NCBI GenBank assembly: GCA_965214825.1 | Contig: OZ243981.1 | Location: 3,121,366 to 3,185,365, forward strand | Direction of reading: 5' to 3' | Length of the DNA stretch: 64,000 bases | Source of the DNA: an uncultured Pedosphaera sp. | GTDB taxonomy: Bacteria; Verrucomicrobiota; Verrucomicrobiia; Limisphaerales; AAA164-E04 | Shown: one piece after another, positions 48,749 through 58,427 of the stretch | How the letters are laid out: the number at the start of each line of letters is the position of its first letter | Position numbering within the stretch: position 1 is the first letter of the stretch | Position numbers and translations under genes: made by a program | Notes under the pieces: generated by a model | Databases searched by the model: none | The model's input: only the letters and a program-made list of their open reading frames with translations | Told to the model about the DNA's origin: nothing

Positions 48749-51700
48749 ATGGCCAAAGACAATATCAACAGCAACTTCACCATTAGCCCCAGCCTATTCA
48801 TCGGTCTCGGCACCAATGGCTGGAAAATCCTCGACGATCTTCGCAAACTCATGTTCGAAGAGTTCGGCCGCGCCGGGCTGCACTGTTGCCGCTACCTCGC
48901 TCTGGAAACCGACCGCGACAAAAAACCGAAAGACAACTCCTTCCCCCACGTGCTGGAGTCTTATGAAAAAATCACGCCCCTCTACATCACTGTTCCCAGT
49001 GTGGACGTGGTCAAAAAACGTCTTCAATCGAAAGGTGAAGAATACAAACACATCGATGGCCTGAGAGAATGGCTCGACCCTCAGCTCATCAATTGCGGTA
49101 TCGAAAGATTCATCGCCGGCGCCGGCCATATCAGGCAAGCCGGCCGGCTCTGCCTCTGGGAAAACTGGGAAACCGTTGCCGCCGGCTTGAGAAAATCCAC
49201 CGCGGACATCAAAGACATGGGCAATCATGCCGCAACGGATGCCTTCCTACGCAACAATTATTTTCCGAACAAACACGGCGATATTCAACTCGACCACAGT
49301 TGTATCAATGACAGCCCTAATGTTTACATCTGTGGCACCCTTTGCGGCGGCACTTGTAGTGGCACTTTCATCGACGTGGCCTACTTCGTCAGAAAACTGA
49401 TCGGTGTCACCAACAAAATAGTTATGGTCGGTGCGGGCAGGCCGAAAGTCGTTGGTCTCTTTACTTTCATCAATACCAGCCAACAAACTGATCCGAATAA
49501 AGAAGTCCATGCTGTCAACTCTTGGACCGCTCTGCGCGAGCTAGACTTCTACTACCGAGAAGGCAGCCGCTATCAGGTAAAATTCCCGGACGGCTTGGAA
49601 ATTGATACCCAGGATGACCCTTTCAAACCGCCTATCTGCAATCGCTGACCAACTCCTCCGGAAATACATTTAAAGATGAAGATGCACTCAACCAAATGTG
49701 TGCCATGAACCTCTTTACCGAAGTCGTAACCGACATGGCCGGCGTCAAAGATGCCATCCGTGTCAACTTCGCCAGGAATCCCAGCTACAAGAAACCCAAC
49801 GCCTCTGGCCACCTCCGCACCTTCAGCGCCTTCGGCCTCTCCGCCATCTTGTATCCCCGTTACCGCATCTCTCAAGCCATTAACCGCGCCTTGGCTATCG
49901 ACATGATTGACGCCTGGTGCGGCGATGAAGCTGCCGTCAACAAAAACATGGTAAACGAGGACGTTCTGCGTGATTGGAACAAAATCTGGAACCAAGCCAA
50001 AGGTAGCCTCATGGGTACCGTTGCAGACGCCCGCTGCCAAGAGAATCTTCTCGGCAAAATTGACGCCCTCTTCGACAAAGAATTCTCCTTTTTCAACCGT
50101 GTCGAATGGAACGAGATTGGACCTTATCTCAGTAGCTTCCCCAGGAAAGCCCCTTTGGCGGGCAGTCTGCGCCATCCTCATGGTGACTATTACCGCAAAA
50201 TCACCATTAACGCCGGCACCCTCGTCGTCAACGACTTGAAGGCAGCCATTGAAAAGGTATTTATCGATTACCTGACCGACCACACCATTGCCGAAACCAA
50301 GGTTTACATCCACCGCCTTGTAGAAATATACCAACAAACCCAAAACGGACTCCCGGAAAACCTGCCGGATTCCCCAAAGCTCGTGGACTTCACCCCGGAA
50401 CAAGGTGCCCTTGCCAATCCCTTCGGTCAATGGCTGCGCCGGCGAAGATCTAAATCCCTGCTCAGTTGGTTCGAATACCTATTCAACCTGGCGGGATGGT
50501 TCCTCTTTCATTGGAGATCCCTCAAAGCCGAGAAAGACTATCGCCGCGTAGTCTGGGATACCATACGCCAACGCGCCAAAGACCATCTCGGCAAAATCCG
50601 GAATTATGCCCTCTACCTGGTTCTCGAAAAAAACCTGCAATTCATGAAAGAGCAGGAACGGCGCCTTGAAACCGTGAACGACCGGCTGATGACGTTTAAA
50701 GGCACCTGCGAAACAGAAATGAGCGATCTAATCCACCCTGAAACTGCCAGCAACGTGCTCATCATCTCCCAAGGCAACCCCAACAACCTCGAAGACGATG
50801 TGAAAGAAGGCGTTGCCAAAACCCAGAAAAGCCCCAAATTCTGTCGCAACCAATTCATCGGCACGCAGAATCAGAATCCCGTTGCCCTCATGGAAAACAA
50901 AAGCATTGACGAGCTTGTTTCGCTTGCGGACAAAGTCTTTAACCAGTACAGCCAATCCGTAGCCAAACAATTCAAAATCGGCAAACAAGCCGTCTCTAAC
51001 TTCAAAGACCATATCAAGAATCTTGTCAAAAGCTCCTTCCCCTATGTGGAAACCGTCGGTGAATGGAATTCCCTCCCCCTGTCAGATGTGCCCAACCGCA
51101 TCTTCTGTCCCGACCAAACTGCCGGGAAACAATTGACCGAAAAGGCTAACAATCACCTGGCAGGCGTTGGCGACTACAAAGACGCCACCACAACCCTCGA
51201 CCACTTTGTTTTCTTTTACCGAGAAATCGCCGGCTTAGCCATCACCGACCTTGAAATCCACCTATACGCGAGCCAATGCCTCGAAGCCTCCGAAAAAAAT
51301 CCCAACGCCACTGCCACCAACTTCACTCATCGCGGCGGCGAAAACTACTTCAACCTCCAGCGCAATGAAGACTTCAAACATCTCCGATGGTGGATTGGTG
51401 CCATGCGCTACCTCGCGCCTGACTTATTCAAGGAACGCGGCGAAACCCTCATGCTCAGATATAAAAACGAACACGGCATGAAAGTGGAAATCTCCGTCGA
51501 ACATAAAGGCACTCTCACCAAAGAACTGCGCCAATACCTCGAAAACCACGAAGCCGAAACTCTCATCGACCAATTCCAAGAGAAACTCCGTGAGATCAGC
51601 AAATCCGCCGTCATCCAACGCATGGAAGCTGAAGTGGAAAAACTGGATGAAAACGACAGCAAAGCCCGCAGCAAGCTGGCGAAAAACCACGAAGAAATCC

Positions 51701-51762
51701 TCGCCGAAACCTTCAAAGGAAACGAGGATGACGAGGGTGATTCGCCTGCAGAAACGGTATAA
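48749..51762 (+). pseudogene. Large tubulin/FtsZ-superfamily protein (Tubulin_2-like GTPase domain + ~700-aa helical C-terminal region) split by a -1 frame change at ~49620
   Basis: FIGLGTNG (G-box). YLALETD. IAGAGHIRQAGRL. ICGTLCGGTCSGTFIDVAYF (tubulin signature GGGTGSG variant). NSWTALRELDFY. ORF 48749..49648 and the frame of 49696..51762 (open from 49618) join as ...TQDDPF/QTAYLQSLTNSSGNTF... Confidence 0.65.
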
Positions 51763-51824
51763 GAGGCAACCATTTAAATGCCGAACCGAGGCGGAACTCG
51801 CTGGAGAATGCCTGAACCGGCAGG

Positions 51825-53003
51825 TCACCGTCCGATGAACGCACCACCGGTCTCTTTGGCGATATTCCTGAGAAAGGTGCCGAAGTCCTTGTCGAAATAA
51901 TCGCCGATGGCTACTACATTCACCGTTACTCCCTGTTCTTTTTTTTGCAAACGGCAGAGTGCGATAATGTCTTTCATGTTGGTGCGGAGGCTTCTTCCGG
52001 TTTGCGCGGCCTCATCAGTTTTGTTTCGTGGGCGGCGGCTGTCTTGCATCCTGGCATCCTGAAGTCTCGGCTCGCCGTCGGTGAACAGAATGATGGTTTG
52101 CAGGCGCCGGTATTCATAAGCCTTCGCTAGCGCCTCGATAGTGTAGGTGCCGCCTTCCGGCTGAATGTCTCGAATTTGCCCGACCAGCTTTTTTCGCCGG
52201 CGCGTGCTTGTTGCCCTGTCCGTTTTTGAGACAGGGAGGTATCCATCGTTGTCCAAAGCGGGGAAAGCGCTACGGGTTGTGGCCACGGAGACGTAATCAT
52301 TGAAGGCAATCAAAAAGCAGTTTTCTATCGGTAAGTATTCGAGCCAAGTTTTCACGACACTGATGGACTCTGCCCACCGTTGCTCATCTTTCATGCTGGA
52401 GGAGCAGTCCAGCAAAATGCCGACGCGATCCAATTCTCCCCGCAAACCCAACAGTTCCTTGCGCACTAATGTTTCAGCATTCAGGCCGCTGCTCCGTTCC
52501 TTTTCAATTTTGCGCATGTTGGCGCGGAGTCCATCTGCTGTTTTTTCTTGAGATTCCAACAGCTCCTTAAGCTCAGCGATTTTGTCCTCTGCCGAGTTGC
52601 CGAAATCCTTTACCTCTTCGAGCTGCTCCCGCGCGGCTGCCAGGTCTTGCTCCGCTGCCTCTAATCGGCTGCGCCAAGCGCGTTTCTCCGTCAGAGCTGA
52701 ATTCCGTTCCTCTTTGAGTGTGTCCATTGAACGCCTTGCCTTTTCCAACTCGATGCGTGTCTGCTCCAAGTTACGTCTCACGGTCAGAAAATGATTCGAC
52801 TGCGAGAGCCATTCGGCCTTGTCGATTTCGATCAAGCTCTGGCGGTTGCTCATCGGTTCGCCCTCGCTTCCGTTGCCGGCATTTTTCGCCAACTGTGGTG
52901 CGGCGATGAACACGGCGCCAACGATGGCGAGCCAAGCCAGTTCGTTGAACGAAATGAAGACCGGCAAGCCAATACCGGTGTGCAGGTTGCGGGGGTGTTT
53001 CAT
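51825..53003 (-). CDS. Bitopic protein: ExbD/TolR/MotB-like N-terminal TM with an acidic residue, coiled coil, and a C-terminal vWA domain
   Basis: ATG at 53003. FISFNELAWLAIVGAVFIAAP compares with ExbD TPFIDVMLVLLIIFMVAAP. About 130 aa of coiled coil. vWA with a full MIDAS (LLDCSSSM, EGGTYT, FTDGEP). Confidence 0.6.
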   Translation of the reverse strand: MKHPRNLHTGIGLPVFISFNELAWLAIVGAVFIAAPQLAKNAGNGSEGEPMSNRQSLIEIDKAEWLSQSNHFLTVRRNLEQTRIELEKARRSMDTLKEERNSALTEKRAWRSRLEAAEQDLAAAREQLEEVKDFGNSAEDKIAELKELLESQEKTADGLRANMRKIEKERSSGLNAETLVRKELLGLRGELDRVGILLDCSSSMKDEQRWAESISVVKTWLEYLPIENCFLIAFNDYVSVATTRSAFPALDNDGYLPVSKTDRATSTRRRKKLVGQIRDIQPEGGTYTIEALAKAYEYRRLQTIILFTDGEPRLQDARMQDSRRPRNKTDEAAQTGRSLRTNMKDIIALCRLQKKEQGVTVNVVAIGDYFDKDFGTFLRNIAKETGGAFIGR

Positions 53004-53111
53004 AAAGAGATGAGAGACACCGGCGGCAATGGCCGGCAAGTTTGAACGGTTGTAGTTTTGAGTTTCCGAATGCGCTTTCTTTCAAACTCCGGGTTTCGGT
53101 GAGGGGAGCGC

Positions 53112-54803
53112 TCATTTTCCGACACTAAAATGTTTTTTGACCCGTCGCCAAAAGCCCGGCGTCTCCGCGAGACTTTGCAACGCTCCCGTGGTTTCGTTCA
53201 ACTTTGCGTTGAGGGTGTTGAGCTCTTCCCGGCTGCGCATTGCTCCTTTAGTCATTGCCCTCAAGGATTCCGAAAGACCGGCAACTTCGGCCAAGCTCTT
53301 GTCCACTCTTGAAGCAAAGTCGTCGATGAATTTGCCAGCCATTTTTGAATTCCAGTTGGGAGAGCTCAACTGCTCCTGCAATCTGTCCGCAAAACCATCG
53401 ACCGTTTTCGAAGCCTGTTGCAGTTGCCCGCAGGTGTTGCGGAAGGTTTCGCCGAATCCGCGCATTTCCCGGCTGGCGCCATCGGTTTGCTCCCTCCAGA
53501 TTTGGGTCTCCCGGCAAGCCGAATCCACCGCGCCACTAAGTTTTTGAAACTGCTCGCGCAAGGTTGCCGCCGTCTGTTCCAGGTTTGCTTTGAAGGCATC
53601 GAATGTCTGACTATGTTGGGCGGTTTTGCCGACCATTCCATCCAGCGATTCCGAAAAGACGGCCACTTTGCCCGTGCTCTCTTCCAACCTTTCGACAAAG
53701 TCCCTGGCGCTGGTCATGGAATTGCGCAGCTTGTGGAAGGCATTTTGGAACTCGGCGCAGAAGTCGCCGAGTTCTTTTTTCGCCGTTGTTTCCAATTTGT
53801 GGCACAAGTTGCTAAATGCTGTGCAGGTATCGTCGATCTCCCTGCGCATTTTAATGGTTTGCTCATTCCAGTTTTGAGTGTTTCTCTGTGCTGTAGCCGC
53901 TGCTTCGCCGAGAGGTTTGAACTGTTCTTTGGCAGCCTGCGCGTGTTCGCCCAATGTCTTCATGGAGGCTGCCGCTCTGTCTAGATGGCCGACGAGCATT
54001 TCGATCCGGTCGGAATGCCCGGCGATCTGCTCCCAGTTGATCTGAACTTTTTCGGCATCACGGAGCATCTTGCCGATTCTCTTGTTCATGTCGACCAATT
54101 TCCGGCCCATGCTTCCCCATTCCAGGCCCAGTTGATGAACGGTTTGGGTTGCCTGCGAGGAGACTTCTTGAAGGCGATTCAACCCCGCCGCGCCTTGCTG
54201 GATGTTTCCGATCAACTGCATCAAGATTTGGGAAAGTTCCGAGGCATTCATTAGGCGGGAAAATTCCTCCATGCGTGTGCTTTCAAGTTTTTCCATGCGG
54301 GCTTGAAAGCTGTCAAAGTTTTGGGCGATTTGAGCAATGAAGTCGCGAGTGCGATTGGCGTCCCGTTCGGCATCTTTGGCTCGGGCTTGCCGTTCGAGTT
54401 CGAATGCCTTAGCGCGGAGGCTGTTCATTCCAATCAAGCCGACGATGGTGCACAACACACTCACGCCGGCAAGGGGCAACAATTCAGCAGGCGTTTCAAT
54501 TAGGCCGGGCTGCATTCCCAACCGGCCCAGAACACAGCCCAAGCCGGTGATGGTGGAAATGTAGCCGACAAAGTAATAGTGCTCGCCCAGTTGATTAAGC
54601 GTTTCGGCATCGCCCGATGCCGTGCGGCTGACAAAGTAACCGTAAGCGATTAACCCGATCCACCAGGCAAACGGAACTGCAATCGCAACTGCTTTCCACT
54701 CCGTCCAGCCCGCGAGCGCGGAGAAGAAGACCGCCACCACCGCAACAACTGGCATCCGTTGATGAATGCGCCGATGAGCGGGCAATCTGTTTTCGGTTCG
54801 CAT
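53112..54803 (-). CDS. MotA/ExbB/TolQ-like 4-TM protein with a ~410-aa repetitive helical cytoplasmic tail (ZorA-like architecture; inferred)
   Basis: YFVGYISTITGLG compares with ExbB PFVGLFGTVWGIM. PLAGVSVLCTIVGLIGM compares with PGIAEALLATAIGLVAA, with about the same spacing. The tail has repeated modules (TQNWNEQTIKMRREIDDTCTAFSNLCHKLETTAK / TQIWREQTDGASREMRGFGETFRNTCGQLQQASK). Confidence 0.55.
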   Translation of the reverse strand: MRTENRLPAHRRIHQRMPVVAVVAVFFSALAGWTEWKAVAIAVPFAWWIGLIAYGYFVSRTASGDAETLNQLGEHYYFVGYISTITGLGCVLGRLGMQPGLIETPAELLPLAGVSVLCTIVGLIGMNSLRAKAFELERQARAKDAERDANRTRDFIAQIAQNFDSFQARMEKLESTRMEEFSRLMNASELSQILMQLIGNIQQGAAGLNRLQEVSSQATQTVHQLGLEWGSMGRKLVDMNKRIGKMLRDAEKVQINWEQIAGHSDRIEMLVGHLDRAAASMKTLGEHAQAAKEQFKPLGEAAATAQRNTQNWNEQTIKMRREIDDTCTAFSNLCHKLETTAKKELGDFCAEFQNAFHKLRNSMTSARDFVERLEESTGKVAVFSESLDGMVGKTAQHSQTFDAFKANLEQTAATLREQFQKLSGAVDSACRETQIWREQTDGASREMRGFGETFRNTCGQLQQASKTVDGFADRLQEQLSSPNWNSKMAGKFIDDFASRVDKSLAEVAGLSESLRAMTKGAMRSREELNTLNAKLNETTGALQSLAETPGFWRRVKKHFSVGK

Positions 54804-54867
54804 GAGAGTTTCCCGACCGGACAGGAGCTTGCTCTGCCGGTTGGCGAAGCGGGACTGGCCGCTTCTG

Positions 54868-55368
54868 TTAGCCGCCGTTTTGTTGCGGGGCGTCTGCCGC
54901 CATCTTTGCCATGAAGTCCGCCGCGCGTTGCCGGACTTCTTCGGGCGTCAGTTTTTCGACGCGGGAGCTGATTGTCCAAACATGACCGAAGGGGTCGCGA
55001 ACCGTGCCGGAGCGGTCGCCGTAAAATTGATTGGTCACCGGCTTGATTTCCGCTGCGCCGATCTCAAGAGCCTTGGCGAACACTTCGTCCACCTTCTCGA
55101 CGTAAATGTAGAAGGAAACCGGTGTTCCGCCGTATTTTTGGGGACTCTCGAATTGCATGGCCGGGCAGGGGTCTGCCAGCATGATCATGGAGTCTCCGAC
55201 TTTGAGTTCGGCGTGGCCGACGGAGCCGCCAGGACCTTCGATGCGCGCCTGCTCTGTGGCGCCAAACGCTTTCTGATAGAACGCGATGGCCTCGTTCGCG
55301 CTGTCAACAATCAAGTAAGGGGTAATCGTCCCATACTCTTCCGGGATAGGATTGATGGATTCACTCAT
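54868..55368 (-). CDS. VOC/glyoxalase-fold protein (PhnB-like)
   Basis: ITPYLIV.SANEAIAFYQKAFGA......GG.VGHAEL.VGDSMIMLAD, FGHVWTIS. Confidence 0.8.
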   Translation of the reverse strand: MSESINPIPEEYGTITPYLIVDSANEAIAFYQKAFGATEQARIEGPGGSVGHAELKVGDSMIMLADPCPAMQFESPQKYGGTPVSFYIYVEKVDEVFAKALEIGAAEIKPVTNQFYGDRSGTVRDPFGHVWTISSRVEKLTPEEVRQRAADFMAKMAADAPQQNGG

Positions 55369-55443
55369 AAGCTGAAAATCGGCCAGAATAAACGCGCCGC
55401 GATTGAAAGCAAGGCAAAACGGCGGGGGAACGAAACGCGGCGG

Positions 55444-56481
55444 TCATTCTCCGCTTTCCGCCCTGGCGGTTTTGCTGGCGAGCCGTTTTTCCATTCGGCG
55501 AAATCGCTTGATCAAAGCGGGTAATTGTTGCAGGGCCAACAATTGCCGCTTGGCTTCCCGATCGTTCTGAGCGGGTGAGCCGAAAACTTTTTGGTCGGCG
55601 GGGACATCACGCATCACGCCTGATTGGGCGGCAATCGTTGCCCGACTCCCGATATTGATATGCCCGGCAATGCCCACTTGCCCTGCAATGACGGCGCGGT
55701 CGCCTATGGTCGTGCTGCCGGCAATGCCGGTCTGCGCCACGATGAGGCAGTGCTTGCCAATCGCCACATTGTGGGCGATCTGCACCAAGTTATCGATCTT
55801 GGTGCCTTCCCCGATAATCGTCCGGCCGAGGGCGCCCCGGTCCACGGTTACATTCGCACCCAATTCCACATCGTCCTCGATGAGGACGCCGCCAACTTGG
55901 AGAATCTTCCGATGCTTCCCCCCATCGAAAACATAGCCGTAGCCGTCCGAACCGATCACCGAACCGGCATGAATGCGGACTCGCCGCCCCAAAACCGTAT
56001 TCGCATACAAGACGACATTGGGGAACAACCGGCTCTCGGCGCCGATGCGGCAGTTCGCCCCCAGATGATTGCCGCCGCACAGCACGGACTTGGGCCCGAT
56101 CACCACGCCGTGAGCAATCGAACAAGCGGGGCCAATGGACGCGGTCGGATCAATTTGGGCGTCGGGCGACACAACGGCAGAAGCGTGAATCCCGGCAGGA
56201 AAGGTCTCTTCGGGATAAAACCACTCCAGCAACTGCGCGAAAGCGGCGCGCACATTGGCGACTTGAATCAAAACCTTGGCCGAAGGCGCATATACCTTGC
56301 CCACGACAATCGCCGAGGCGCCGCCTTGCAAGGCTGACTGAAAAATCTGCTCATTTTCCGCAAAGGTGATTTGCCCGCGCTGGGCCTCCGGTGCCGGCGC
56401 CGCGCCGGTAATCAGCACTTTGGAATCTCCCAACAAGGTTCCCCGGAGGCGGGAAGCAATGTCACCGGTCGTTAGCTGCAT
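55444..56481 (-). CDS. lpxD: UDP-3-O-acylglucosamine N-acyltransferase
   Basis: Typical N-terminal domain followed by a long left-handed beta-helix of hexapeptide repeats and a C-terminal helix. 345 aa. Confidence 0.9.
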   Translation of the reverse strand: MQLTTGDIASRLRGTLLGDSKVLITGAAPAPEAQRGQITFAENEQIFQSALQGGASAIVVGKVYAPSAKVLIQVANVRAAFAQLLEWFYPEETFPAGIHASAVVSPDAQIDPTASIGPACSIAHGVVIGPKSVLCGGNHLGANCRIGAESRLFPNVVLYANTVLGRRVRIHAGSVIGSDGYGYVFDGGKHRKILQVGGVLIEDDVELGANVTVDRGALGRTIIGEGTKIDNLVQIAHNVAIGKHCLIVAQTGIAGSTTIGDRAVIAGQVGIAGHINIGSRATIAAQSGVMRDVPADQKVFGSPAQNDREAKRQLLALQQLPALIKRFRRMEKRLASKTARAESGE

Positions 56482-56505
56482 GAACTTGGTGCCAATTGAA
56501 AAGGG

Positions 56506-56919
56506 CTATTCCAAAACCGGCAAGGGCATCGCCGCGGTGGTGGACTCCGGCCGCCTTAGCGCGGCGATTTGATTCGTGCCGGAGAGGGTAGCGACGGACG
56601 GCTTCCAGGAACGAGCTGCGGACAAGGCAACGCGGGCAAAGGTCAAAATGGTCAACCGGTCGCCCACCGCGCCCAAGCGGGCTGCAGCCCCATTCAAAAC
56701 AATTTGCCCCTTCCCGGCAGGCGCGGGGATGGCGTAGGTTTCGAACCGGGCGCCGTTTGTCTGATTGCCGCACAAAACCTTTTCAAACGGCACAATCCCG
56801 ACCGCTTCCATCAAGTCCTCCGCAATTGATAAACTCCCCTCGTAGTCCACATCTGCCCCGGTAACCCGCGCTCGATGCAGTTTCGATTTCAGCACCTCCA
56901 CAAAACAATCATTGGCCAT
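56506..56919 (-). CDS. panD: Aspartate 1-decarboxylase (pyruvoyl-dependent)
   Basis: LKSKLHRARVTGADVDYEGSLSI (self-cleavage G-S site), NGARFETYAI, NGAAARLG..GD.L.I. ATG at 56919. Confidence 0.85.
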   Translation of the reverse strand: MANDCFVEVLKSKLHRARVTGADVDYEGSLSIAEDLMEAVGIVPFEKVLCGNQTNGARFETYAIPAPAGKGQIVLNGAAARLGAVGDRLTILTFARVALSAARSWKPSVATLSGTNQIAALRRPESTTAAMPLPVLE

Positions 56920-57067
56920 AGTCTGATATTCTTTCCGGTTGTATTCTGAGCAGTTCCGCCTCTGACTTCCCCGCCAAGCAGCGCCAAGAGACTCGTTGAC
57001 TTGGCACAACCCAGCCACTATAAGAGGGGCGGTTCAGCGAATCAATACTTGACAACTTTTGAAGACG

Positions 57068-58234
57068 ATGACGAAAAAAACTCTCCGCATAGGGATGATT
57101 GGCTATCGGTTTATGGGAAAGGCGCACTCCAACGGTTGGCGGCAAGCTCCCCGCTTCTTTCCGCTGGATGCTAATCTGGAACGACACACGATTTGCGGCC
57201 GCAACCCCGAAGGCGTCGCCGCCGCCGCGCAGGAACTGGGTTGGAAAAACGCTTCCACGGACTGGAAGGCAGTGATTGAGAATCCCGAAATCGACATCAT
57301 CGACATCAACACACCGAACGATTCCCATGCCGAAATCGCCATTGCCGCCGCCAACGCCGGCAAACACATCCTGTGCGAAAAACCGCTGGCAATGACCATC
57401 GCCCAATGCCGGGACATGCTGGCCGCAGCGGAAAACAACAACATCATCCATATGGTCTGCCACAACTACCGGCGCATCCCCGCCATCGCTCAAGCAAAGA
57501 AAATGATCGCAGAAGGCGCCCTTGGAAACCTCTTCCACTACCGCGCACGATACGCCCAAGATTGGATTGTCGATCCCAACTTCCCGCTCGTCTGGCGGCT
57601 CCAAAAAAGCGTGAGCGGCAGCGGCACACACGGAGACATCAACGCCCACATCATCGACTTAGGACGTTACCTCATCGGCGAGTTTGCCGAAGTCTGTGGC
57701 CTGATGAACACCTTCATCAAGCAGCGCCCGCTTGAAGACGCCTCCGGCAAGGGAGACGGCTTGGGAGGCGCCGGCGCGGCAGAGATGGGCGAAGTCACCG
57801 TGGACGATGCCGCCCTGTTCATCGGCCGGTTTAAGAACGGCGCCCTGGCTAACCTCGAAGCCACGCGCTTCGCCCTCGGCCGCAAAAACAACATCGTCAT
57901 CGAAATCAATGGCAGCAAAGGCTCCCTATGCTTCGACTTCGAGGACATGAACCGCCTTAAATTCTTCGACAACCACCAGCCAGAAGACCGCCAAGGCTTC
58001 AGCGACATCCTCGTCACTCAACCCGGCGGCACCCATCCCTACGTCGGCCAGTGGTGGCCGCCGGGACACATCCTCGGCTACGAACACACTTTCGTCCATA
58101 CCTTGGCGGACTTCGTCAACGCCGTCGCCGCCGGGCAAACCCTCCAACCTACTTTCGACGACGGCATGAAAAACCAGCGCGTCCTCGAAGCCGTCGAAGA
58201 ATCTGCAAACACAAAACAATGGGTGACGGTTTAG
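57068..58234 (+). CDS. Cytoplasmic Gfo/Idh/MocA-family oxidoreductase
   Basis: LRIGMIGYRFMGKAHSNG, DIIDINTPNDSHAEIAIAAANAGKHILCEKPLA. Confidence 0.85.
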   Translation: MTKKTLRIGMIGYRFMGKAHSNGWRQAPRFFPLDANLERHTICGRNPEGVAAAAQELGWKNASTDWKAVIENPEIDIIDINTPNDSHAEIAIAAANAGKHILCEKPLAMTIAQCRDMLAAAENNNIIHMVCHNYRRIPAIAQAKKMIAEGALGNLFHYRARYAQDWIVDPNFPLVWRLQKSVSGSGTHGDINAHIIDLGRYLIGEFAEVCGLMNTFIKQRPLEDASGKGDGLGGAGAAEMGEVTVDDAALFIGRFKNGALANLEATRFALGRKNNIVIEINGSKGSLCFDFEDMNRLKFFDNHQPEDRQGFSDILVTQPGGTHPYVGQWWPPGHILGYEHTFVHTLADFVNAVAAGQTLQPTFDDGMKNQRVLEAVEESANTKQWVTV

Positions 58235-58427
58235 CCTAAAAAGATAGTCATGCTTAATGGATATCCATAAAAGCCAGTTTGTGTCTGATCTTCTGAAGGC
58301 GGCGAAGGAATCCTTGGGCTTATTTGATACTCACGGGCCAAAGAAGTACTAAAAAACTGAAACCGCTGCACAGTTGCATTGCTGAAAAGATTGCGGTTAT
58401 TCACAAGTTATTGTCATACGCAAGAAT

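Noticed and set aside
58259-58354. 31-codon ORF (MDIHKSQFVSDLLKAAKESLGLFDTHGPKKY) as a small gene
   Set aside because: It is too short and unsupported. It is more likely a fragment of the decayed restriction gene upstream of the degraded methyltransferase.
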